Below are positions 56,445 through 64,000 of a DNA stretch of 64,000 bases, piece after piece. The notes under the pieces are model-generated. The model did no database searches, had not been told where the DNA came from, and was given only the letters and a program-made list of their open reading frames with translations. This DNA is from Mangrovimonas futianensis (GTDB taxonomy: Bacteria > Bacteroidota > Bacteroidia > Flavobacteriales > Flavobacteriaceae), in NCBI RefSeq assembly GCF_021245805.1, contig NZ_JAJJNF010000002.1:80962-144961 (forward strand), read 5' to 3'. The translations under genes were made by a program, and so were the position numbers. Position 1 is the stretch's first letter, and the number at the start of each line of letters is the position of its first letter.

Positions 56445-58700
56445 TTAATTGCTTTGTAATTGCCTGTAAAAGTTAGAATATTGCGGATTATTGGGATATA
56501 GACGCATGAGCTTTTCGGCAATGTTTAAAGCCTTGTTCATTTCCTTATATTTTGAATAATGAAATGCTAGGGCATACAATAAATCTGCATTGTTGGGATC
56601 CATTTTTAACCCTTTTATAAGCGTTGTTTCAGCATTTCCCTTATCTCCCTTTTGGTCATAAAGCAAGCTCAAATTGTAATACGTTCTAATGTTCTCTGGC
56701 ATTTTTATAATCGCGGTATTCATCTCCCTTATGGCATCATCCGTTCTACCCAACTCAGCATACAAAAGCGCTAGTGAATAATAGGTAGGCCCGAAATCGG
56801 GCTCCCGTTCTGTAATGGCCCTAAATGTTTGTTCAGCCTTCTCATATGCTTGAACGTTGTAGTATAAATTGGCTAAGGTATATCTTAATCGGTTATCCAA
56901 ATTATCTACTTCAATGGCTTTCTCATAATAGGAAATAGCTTCCTGAATGTTTCCCTTCTTAATATTGTAATTAGCCCTTTTGGCCAACCCGCCCACAAAA
57001 TCTGAAGTCACATCTAGGTATCCAAAAAATTCTTCTTCCACCTTTTTATAGCTCTCTAAATATTCTGCAGGGACTTGTGACGCATCTAAGGTGGCCAAAG
57101 CATAAAACGCCTTAACCCTTACCGATCTTTTCTTATCATTCAACAACGGCAAGAAATAATTGGCATAGTCTGTATTATTGATGTTGCTCAACACATCTAA
57201 CGTTGCCCCACGTACCATGGGTGAAGCATCATTCAACCAATTTAAATATTCTCTAATTAAAGGGTCCAACTCATAATGCCCTAAGGCTTTAACTGCCGAG
57301 GCACGCACCAATTCATTCTCAGAGGTGTCTTTAATCAAATCCAACAATCCATTTTCTGCATTAGCATGACCCAAAACACCTGGAATCAATTTGTCTGAAA
57401 AATGGATGGAATCCACTTCCCCATATAAATTTTGAAACTCTTTCCAAGCCCATTCGTTGTCCTTATCAGTATGGCAATCCACACAGGCATTTGGTGTTCC
57501 ATATTTTAAACTCTGGTCAGGTCTAGGGACTCTAAAACTATGATCTCTTCTAAAATCATTTCCCATATAAAACCTTCCTGTCATATGGCAATTGATACAT
57601 TTGGAACCTTCTGTATTGGTTTCGTGTTTGTGATGTAATGGCGAGTCATAAGTTGCCGGTGCATGACATTGGGCGCATAACATGTTACCTTCAAACTTCA
57701 ACTCTAAGGAGTGTGAATTATGACAATTATTACATGCTATATTGTTTTTATACATTTTACTTTGGGTAAATGAGGCATAGACATAATCCTCATCCAAAAT
57801 TTGGCCATCAGGGAAGTAGAAAGGCTCTTCCAACAATTGTGGAAAATAATGATCTAACATGGTTCCTTCATAATTAAAGGAATTGGTGAATTGTTCCCTT
57901 CTCATATGACATCTAGCACATTCATCAACCAACTGTTTTGGTGGCGTTGACAAAGTCATACGCATATTTCCTTTTGGTTTGTATTTGTCCCCCAGACGAC
58001 TAGCCTCTTCAACGTGTTCTCTACCTGGTCCGTGACAAGCTTCACAGCTCACATTAATAAGGGCGTATTGGGTATTATAACTATCTGTTTGCAAATGATA
58101 ATTCTTCTTCACATTGGTGGAATGACAATCCGAGCACATGGTGTTCCAATTAAGTCCCTTATTACTCCAATGCAACCATTCAGAATGCACTACTTTAAAG
58201 TCTGGATATAAATTAAACCATACTTCTTTTTCAGTATCCCAAGCCGTACTCAGGCATTGAAACTTCCCATTGGGAAACTGGACAATATATTGCTGTAAAG
58301 GCGTTACTCCAAAAGTGTAAATGATCTTGTAATCTTCATAAGTGCCTTCTGGGCCTTCGGTATTCACATAAAAATCACCGCCCTTTTTATAAAACCGTGA
58401 AGTGACCTCAAAACTCGTGAACTCTTCTCCTTCAAAAGGTGCCAAAACCGATGTGGCATTAGCCAACTCCATAGCCTTATCATGATGTGATCCTTGCCAG
58501 TCTGCATATTCTTTTTGATGACACGTTTTACAATTGCTGTCGCCAACAAACAAACTATCTGGAAGTTCTTTGGTTGATAAAAACACGGTATCTTCAGTAA
58601 CTGGCTCATAAGTTGCTTTTTCTTTACAAGAATTCAATAGCAAAATAAAAGCAATGACGAATAGCTTAACTAGGGATGTTTTGAAGTTTAAATAAGTCAA
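56445..58700 (-). CDS. Lipoprotein-anchored octaheme c-type cytochrome fused to HEAT and TPR repeats
   Basis: Lipobox LLLNSCKE. Eight CxxCH motifs (CKTCH, CSDCH, CEACH, CARCH, CNNCH, CAQCH, CINCH, CVDCH) in the first ~400 aa. HEAT-like units follow (LVRASAVKALGHY; PMVRGATLDVLSN; RSVRVKAFYALATL), then at least 5 TPR units (AISYYEKAIEVD...). Confidence 0.7.
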   Translation of the reverse strand: MTYLNFKTSLVKLFVIAFILLLNSCKEKATYEPVTEDTVFLSTKELPDSLFVGDSNCKTCHQKEYADWQGSHHDKAMELANATSVLAPFEGEEFTSFEVTSRFYKKGGDFYVNTEGPEGTYEDYKIIYTFGVTPLQQYIVQFPNGKFQCLSTAWDTEKEVWFNLYPDFKVVHSEWLHWSNKGLNWNTMCSDCHSTNVKKNYHLQTDSYNTQYALINVSCEACHGPGREHVEEASRLGDKYKPKGNMRMTLSTPPKQLVDECARCHMRREQFTNSFNYEGTMLDHYFPQLLEEPFYFPDGQILDEDYVYASFTQSKMYKNNIACNNCHNSHSLELKFEGNMLCAQCHAPATYDSPLHHKHETNTEGSKCINCHMTGRFYMGNDFRRDHSFRVPRPDQSLKYGTPNACVDCHTDKDNEWAWKEFQNLYGEVDSIHFSDKLIPGVLGHANAENGLLDLIKDTSENELVRASAVKALGHYELDPLIREYLNWLNDASPMVRGATLDVLSNINNTDYANYFLPLLNDKKRSVRVKAFYALATLDASQVPAEYLESYKKVEEEFFGYLDVTSDFVGGLAKRANYNIKKGNIQEAISYYEKAIEVDNLDNRLRYTLANLYYNVQAYEKAEQTFRAITEREPDFGPTYYSLALLYAELGRTDDAIREMNTAIIKMPENIRTYYNLSLLYDQKGDKGNAETTLIKGLKMDPNNADLLYALAFHYSKYKEMNKALNIAEKLMRLYPNNPQYSNFYRQLQSN

Positions 58701-58953
58701 CTTATTGGATTGAAATGAATGAATTTGACCCTTTAAAAATACTTATTATAAACGATATACAAAGGATCAAAAGACAAATTACCAACTTATTTTTCAGCTA
58801 GAATAAGTTCTCCCAAAAACGCGTTCCATAATTACACCCAAACCCTCCTCCCATTAGAATATTCATAAAAACCCTACTCCTTGCTGTTCTGCTTTTTTAA
58901 ACACTTTAATTTTATGTACTTTTGATTAAGTTATTGATATTTGAAATCCTTTT

Positions 58954-59955
58954 ATGGAAAAACCACTTAAATATGCCGTTTTTGGGGCAGGCAGTTGGGC
59001 AACAGCCATTGTAAAAATGTTGTGCGAAAATTTAAATGAAGTTGGATGGTATATGAGAAGTGTTTATATCAAAGAACACTTACTGAAGGAAGAGCATAAT
59101 CCCAGTTATTTAAGCTCTGTAGAATTTGATGTTTCCATGCTGAAATTAAGCAACGACATCAATGAAATGGCTACCTATGCCGATGTTCTAATCTTTGTGG
59201 TTCCTTCTGCTTTTATGCAGTCTGAACTAGAAAAACTAACGGTGGATATTTCCAATAAAACAATTGTTTCTGCCGTTAAGGGAATTATTCCTGAATCTGG
59301 TTTGCTGGTTGGTGAGCATTTTCACGATATCTATCACATTCCTTTTGAAAACATTGCTGTTATCGCTGGACCGTGTCATGCTGAAGAGGTAGCTCTAGAG
59401 CGTCTTTCTTATTTGACCATTTCCTGTGCCGATTCAAAAAAAGCCAAAGAAATTGCCAGTAAACTTTCTAGCGAATACATCAAAACCAAAATCAGTGATG
59501 ATGTCATAGGATTAGAATATGCTGTCATGCTAAAAAATATTTATGCTATTGCTGCCGGTATTGCTCATGGCCTGGGATATGGAGACAATTTCCAGAGTGT
59601 TTTGATGAGTAATGCCATTAGGGAAATGAAACGTTTTATCAAGAAAATGCACAAGATGAAACGTAACATCAATAACTCAGCTTACTTAGGGGATTTATTG
59701 GTAACCGGCTATTCTACTTTTTCCAGAAACCGCATGTTTGGAAACATGATTGGGAAAGGTTATACTGTAAAAAGTGCCATGATGGAAATGAATATGGTAG
59801 CCGAAGGTTATTATGCGACCAAAAGCGCTCATCTTCTCAATGAAAATAATAAAAAGAAAACCAGACTTCCTATCATTGATGCCGTATATGCCGTTTTATA
59901 TGAAGGGAAAGAAACCAAAAAGGTATTCAGTAAGCTTGTAGATAAACTGGATTAA
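58954..59955 (+). CDS. gpsA: NAD(P)H-dependent glycerol-3-phosphate dehydrogenase
   Basis: KYAVFGAGSWATAIVKML Rossmann motif; 333 aa. Confidence 0.9.
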   Translation: MEKPLKYAVFGAGSWATAIVKMLCENLNEVGWYMRSVYIKEHLLKEEHNPSYLSSVEFDVSMLKLSNDINEMATYADVLIFVVPSAFMQSELEKLTVDISNKTIVSAVKGIIPESGLLVGEHFHDIYHIPFENIAVIAGPCHAEEVALERLSYLTISCADSKKAKEIASKLSSEYIKTKISDDVIGLEYAVMLKNIYAIAAGIAHGLGYGDNFQSVLMSNAIREMKRFIKKMHKMKRNINNSAYLGDLLVTGYSTFSRNRMFGNMIGKGYTVKSAMMEMNMVAEGYYATKSAHLLNENNKKKTRLPIIDAVYAVLYEGKETKKVFSKLVDKLD

Positions 59956-60048
59956 AATCGCTTTATTTTTTATTTAACCCTGACGATTCCAGTTTTGGAA
60001 CTCCCCATTAAGGCATTATATTCTCACCTCCAGGTGTAAAAATAAAAA

Positions 60049-60096
60049 CCTGCCTAAATCTTCAGTAAGTTTTCCAAAATCTGAAGATTAGGCAGG
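60049..60096 (-). terminator. Long hairpin (16-bp stem, one bulge, 15-nt loop) terminating pckA. The T-run is on the minus strand.
   Basis: CCTGCCTAAATCTTCAG ...loop... CTGAAGATTAGGCAGG, preceded on the plus strand by AAAAATAAAAA. Confidence 0.55.
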
Positions 60097-60126
60097 CACT
60101 TCAATAATTAATAACTAAAAATTGTT

Positions 60127-61749
60127 TTATATCGTGTCAGCTAATTGATGGTGTTCATCAATAAGTGGTCCACCTTCCATAATTTGTGCTGAAGCTTGAC
60201 TAGCAAATTTTTCAAAATTCAAATGGAATGAATGTGCTAATCCAATTGCTTTACTTATGTAAGCTCCTTTTTGCAACCAAGTATTCATCGGATCCAAAAT
60301 TTCAGTTGGAACTCCTGGGCAATACTTCGGCATGAACAATCCGAAAATTGGATGTTGTTCGAAGTCTACATTATCTAATTCTCCATTAAGGATGGCAGAA
60401 ATCATAGCTCTTGTATATTTCAACTTGATTCTAGAACCAACTCCATAAGGGCCACCGCTCCATCCAGTGTTGATCAACCAAACATTTACTCCAGCTTCTT
60501 GCATTTTAGCGCTTAACATTTCAGCGTATGCAGTAGGGTGCAATGGCATGAATGGTGCTCCAAAACAAGCAGAGAATGAAGGTACAGGCTCAGTAATTCC
60601 AGCTTCAGTACCAGCTACCTTAGCAGTATAACCAGAGATAAAGTGATATGCTGCTTGACCTGGAGTCAATTTAGATACTGGAGGCAACACACCAAAAGCA
60701 TCACAAGTCAAGAAGAATATGTTCTTAGGATTATCAGCATAAGAAGGAACTTGAATGTTATCTATATGTTCAATTGGATAACTTACACGTGTATTTTGAG
60801 TAATGGTACTGTCTTCAAAATCTACTTCTCCATTATTTATGATAACGTTCTCAAGTAAAGCTCCAGGTCTGATTGCTCTATAGATATCTGGTTCTTTTTC
60901 TTCTGTTAAGTCAATAACTTTGGCATAACAACCTCCTTCAAAATTGAAGATTGAGTTGTTGGCTGTCCAACCATGTTCATCATCACCAATCAATTTTCTG
61001 TTAGGGTCTGCAGAAAGGGTTGTTTTTCCTGTTCCAGATAATCCGAAGAAAATGGCTGTATCACCTTCTTCACCCACATTAGCAGAACAGTGCATAGGCA
61101 ATACGTTTCTTTCTACTGGAAGAATCAAGTTCAAGGCTGTAAATATTCCTTTTTTCATCTCACCAGTATAGGCTGAACCTCCAACTAATGCAATTTTATC
61201 TGTAAAATTGATAATTGAGAAGTTTCCTTGTCTTAATCCAACAGCCTCTGGATCTGGAGCTACGTAGCCAGGAGCACAAAGCACCAACCAATCTTCCTCA
61301 AATGTTTCAAGTTCTTCTTCAGAAAGTCTTAAAAACATGTTGTTGACAAACAAGTTTGACCAAGGAAATTCTGTAACAGTTCTAACATTTAATTTGTACT
61401 CTGGATCGGCACACACATACCCATCTCTAGCATAGATTTCTTTACCAGAAAGGTATTCAACGACTTCGTCTTTTAATTTGTTGAAATTCTCAGGAGAAAT
61501 AGGTTTGTTTATTTTTCCCCACCAGATTTTATCTTTGGTATACTCGTCTTGTACCAAAAATCTATCTTGAGGTGAACGCCCTGTAAATTTTCCTGTATTA
61601 ACGGCTAGGGTGCCATTTGCAGTTTCCTGCCCCATCCCTTTTTCAACGGTTATTTTTTGAAGGGATTCAGGGCTTAAATTCCAATGAACTACCGTGTCTT
61701 TCAAACCATATTTTTCTAGGTTTCTTTCGGCTTCTACTAAAGTTCCCAT
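60127..61749 (-). CDS. pckA: Phosphoenolpyruvate carboxykinase (ATP)
   Basis: GLSGTGKTTLS kinase-1a motif, IGDDEHGW, NTGWSGGPYGVG; 540 aa. Confidence 0.95.
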   Translation of the reverse strand: MGTLVEAERNLEKYGLKDTVVHWNLSPESLQKITVEKGMGQETANGTLAVNTGKFTGRSPQDRFLVQDEYTKDKIWWGKINKPISPENFNKLKDEVVEYLSGKEIYARDGYVCADPEYKLNVRTVTEFPWSNLFVNNMFLRLSEEELETFEEDWLVLCAPGYVAPDPEAVGLRQGNFSIINFTDKIALVGGSAYTGEMKKGIFTALNLILPVERNVLPMHCSANVGEEGDTAIFFGLSGTGKTTLSADPNRKLIGDDEHGWTANNSIFNFEGGCYAKVIDLTEEKEPDIYRAIRPGALLENVIINNGEVDFEDSTITQNTRVSYPIEHIDNIQVPSYADNPKNIFFLTCDAFGVLPPVSKLTPGQAAYHFISGYTAKVAGTEAGITEPVPSFSACFGAPFMPLHPTAYAEMLSAKMQEAGVNVWLINTGWSGGPYGVGSRIKLKYTRAMISAILNGELDNVDFEQHPIFGLFMPKYCPGVPTEILDPMNTWLQKGAYISKAIGLAHSFHLNFEKFASQASAQIMEGGPLIDEHHQLADTI

Positions 61750-62078
61750 TTTCTTAATTTTTTATTGTTACTAATTATAATCTCATCTAGTTGCTGAGAA
61801 CGATCTAAGTGTCAAATACAAAATTTACCCTTAATAATTCCCAGGTTACAAGCTCTTCCCGTGACTTAAACGGCATTACTTGTTTAATTACATATCAAAG
61901 GTATACGACATATGTAAAAATAAACATGAAAAAAGTCATATTAAGTATTTAAAATAAGAGTTAACTTATTGATAACTATAACGTTTTCTTAATCTTCTAA
62001 TGCTTTAATTTGGAATCATTTCAAGAAGATTTTTTGAAAAAAAATGCCCATGACCCCTATTTTTTGCAAAAACTTAAC

Positions 62079-62471
62079 ATGAATATCATGTACATTTGTT
62101 CTGTGAAAAAGTTAGTTTACATTTTTGGATTTTTCTTTTTTCTCTCGCTTGTTGGGTTTTCATTAAACAAGGAAATAGCTTGTGAAAGCTTGTCTTCTGA
62201 ATTCCAATTGAACCACGGGAACAAGGCTGATGTATCCACAAATGATAATTGTATCCTTAATCATTCTGAACCTCTTGAATATGCTCCCACTTTTGGAACA
62301 GATTTAGAGGTCATTTTTGATACCGATTCTTCCCATTATTTTGGGTATTTGCCATTTCATTTACAGAATTATACCCCTGCTTGCAGTAGTACCTTTACAC
62401 TCCATAATGAAGAGCCTCAAATTTTTCTTGGGGTTTCACAAATCATTTTCCCCTTTCATTACCATTGGTAA
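62079..62471 (+). CDS. Hypothetical small secreted Cys-containing protein
   Basis: The supplied ORF has a TTG start at 62010. The preferred start is MNIMYICSVKKLVYIFGFFFFLSLVGFS (signal peptide). 6 Cys in the mature part. Confidence 0.35.
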   Translation: MNIMYICSVKKLVYIFGFFFFLSLVGFSLNKEIACESLSSEFQLNHGNKADVSTNDNCILNHSEPLEYAPTFGTDLEVIFDTDSSHYFGYLPFHLQNYTPACSSTFTLHNEEPQIFLGVSQIIFPFHYHW

Positions 62472-62552
62472 TGCATCCCATTTTTAAAAAATTTAGCGGT
62501 CTTTAACAACAAGACCATATTCAACTTATTTCAAATTTAAATTTTATAAAAA

Positions 62553-63035
62553 ATGGATGTAGCAAGTACCCTATTGGGTTCCATCATAGTTAGTATATGT
62601 ATATTTCCTTTTGTAGCCGTACAAGTAGGAAGCAATAAAAAGAAAAAACACGTTATAAACACTTTAAACCAAATGGCTCAAAATCGCCAATGCCAGATTT
62701 CAACTGTGGAACAATGTGGTGATTATGCCATAGGCCTCGATGAAGTCAACCAAATGGCTTTCTTTGTTAAAAAAAATGATGAAGTAGCATTGGAAAATGA
62801 AGTAGATTTAAAACACGTAGTCGAATGCTATGCCCATACCCAATCTAAAACGATACGTTCTGGGCAAGATAAAAAGGAAATTATAACCCAAGTAGAACTT
62901 AGTTTTAAACATAAAACACACGAAAAAAAGCTAGCAGATTTTATCCTGTACAGCGAAAATTTCAACGCTCAATTGGGAAATGAATATCCTATGGCGCAAA
63001 GGTGGGCTAAAATCTTAAATAACCATTTATCTTAA
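62553..63035 (+). CDS. Hypothetical N-terminally membrane-anchored protein
   Basis: MDVASTLLGSIIVSICIFPFVAVQV TM helix, then a KKKKH stop-transfer; a 130-aa polar domain. Confidence 0.4.
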   Translation: MDVASTLLGSIIVSICIFPFVAVQVGSNKKKKHVINTLNQMAQNRQCQISTVEQCGDYAIGLDEVNQMAFFVKKNDEVALENEVDLKHVVECYAHTQSKTIRSGQDKKEIITQVELSFKHKTHEKKLADFILYSENFNAQLGNEYPMAQRWAKILNNHLS

Positions 63036-63040
63036 TAGAT

Positions 63041-63085
63041 TGAAAAACAAAAGCCTCAATTTATTTTGAGGCTTTGTTTCTTTTT
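63041..63085. terminator. Bidirectional rho-independent terminator
   Basis: 9-bp stem AAGCCTCAA/TTGAGGCTT, loop TTTATT, T-runs on both sides. Confidence 0.65.
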
Positions 63086-63097
63086 ATTTAGATCTTT

Positions 63098-63493
63098 CTA
63101 CTTTACCACAACACCTTTTTCCTGCATTAAAGGTATTGGTTGTAGTGCCTTTAAATTGATAGTATTGGGTCGAAATAAGAAAGTCTTTTCAAACATAGTA
63201 TTCCCTTCAAAGAAAGTCACCTTAAATTCATTGTTCAAGGTTAAAACATCCTCATGTAAAAACTCAACCTTAGCATAACTTTTTGCTGGCAACTGTTCCA
63301 ACTTATGTCTCATAAGAGAGGTTTCCTTGTCAGCCGAATATCCCCTGGAAACAATTAAAACCATTTCTAAAGGCACATCTTTATCATTGATTAAATAAAC
63401 GTTCCAATCCTGGGTTCTGTGAACTTGATTAAATTCATTGACAGCAGCACAAAATACCCCTTCAACCTTCGGGATTTCAATATCTTTTCTCAT
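63098..63493 (-). CDS. Hypothetical cytoplasmic protein, probably co-transcribed with the upstream TetR regulator
   Basis: 131-aa ORF, 14 bp downstream of the TetR-family gene on the same strand. Confidence 0.4.
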   Translation of the reverse strand: MRKDIEIPKVEGVFCAAVNEFNQVHRTQDWNVYLINDKDVPLEMVLIVSRGYSADKETSLMRHKLEQLPAKSYAKVEFLHEDVLTLNNEFKVTFFEGNTMFEKTFLFRPNTINLKALQPIPLMQEKGVVVK

Positions 63494-63507
63494 GCTGTAA
63501 AATTAAC

Positions 63508-64000
63508 TTATTTCAGTTTAGGAAACACATAAGTAGTCTTAGTAATTCCTCTTAAGCTGTAAACAATGAAATGATCTAGAAGCTCCTGTGAAGAATATCT
63601 TTGAAACAAATTATCATGTAAAAAAGCGATTTCCTCAATCCTGTTAAAATACAAATCACAGAAAAGGTTTAAGTTTACCTCATCTACCAAGAGGCCTTGT
63701 TCTTGGGCTTTGACTAACAAACTATATACTTTTTCTCTTACGAATCGGTGTCTGAATTCATCAAACAATTTATTAGCCAAAGGGTAGTATTTTTTTAAAC
63801 CAAAGATGAAAGACGGTTTAAAATATGACAAACGCTCAAAACCCTTTTCGTAAATCTTAAGAATACAAAAAAGAGGATCCGGACATTGACTTATTATTTC
63901 ATCGACTACCTGATTATAGTCATCAATTAAATACTTTACACTAGCAATTACTAGATCCTCTTTACTTGAATAGAATTTATAAATAGTTTTTTTTGAAATA
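63508..64000 (-). CDS. TetR/AcrR-family transcriptional regulator (N-terminus beyond the window end)
   Basis: The frame is open to position 64000. ISKKTIYKFYSSKEDLVIASVKYLIDDY resembles the TetR HTH helix 3 and the start of the ligand domain. Confidence 0.6.
   Translation of the reverse strand, partial: ISKKTIYKFYSSKEDLVIASVKYLIDDYNQVVDEIISQCPDPLFCILKIYEKGFERLSYFKPSFIFGLKKYYPLANKLFDEFRHRFVREKVYSLLVKAQEQGLLVDEVNLNLFCDLYFNRIEEIAFLHDNLFQRYSSQELLDHFIVYSLRGITKTTYVFPKLK

Overview
The window reads as a core chromosomal segment of a low-GC (about 36-38%) Flavobacteriia/Bacteroidota genome. Supporting signs: Sec signal peptides ending ...AQ, two T9SS C-terminal sorting domains, a split atpDC unit, and many TonB-dependent receptors. 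It is densely coding, with about 55 CDSs. Housekeeping genes recognised directly from their translations are ileS (partial), radA, panC, panD, glmS, atpD, atpC, recX, recO, gdhA, yicC, gmk, nadD, osmC, kbp/ygaU, gpsA and pckA. No rRNA, tRNA, CRISPR array, integrase, transposase or prophage signal was seen. About a dozen rho-independent terminators (GC hairpin plus T-run), several of them bidirectional between convergent genes, are visible. I found no single clear-cut new system. The loci of unknown or unusual function I judge most worth follow-up are: (1) a tandem pair of esterase-fold paralogues that both lack the nucleophile serine and end in TPR-like tails, (2) a TLC-type nucleotide-transporter-like permease fused to a ~500-aa HEAT-repeat domain, (3) a MocR regulator bracketed by an SSS transporter and a small TonB-dependent receptor, possibly a cofactor/amino-compound uptake regulon, (4) a lipoprotein-anchored octaheme c-type cytochrome fused to HEAT and TPR repeats with no respiratory neighbours, (5) a lineage-specific lipoprotein inserted with overlapping start/stop codons in a conserved yicC-gmk-nadD operon, (6) an AT-rich ~1.1 kb insert between nadD and osmC encoding two uncharacterised polytopic membrane proteins, (7) a direct-repeat/palindrome/direct-repeat operator-like architecture upstream of a TonB-dependent receptor-SGNH hydrolase operon, and (8) a giant T9SS-secreted multi-domain surface protein wedged between recX and a recO-porZ-like operon. 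All functional calls come from my reading of the translations (motifs and remembered family signatures). No database search was run, so percent identities are not available.
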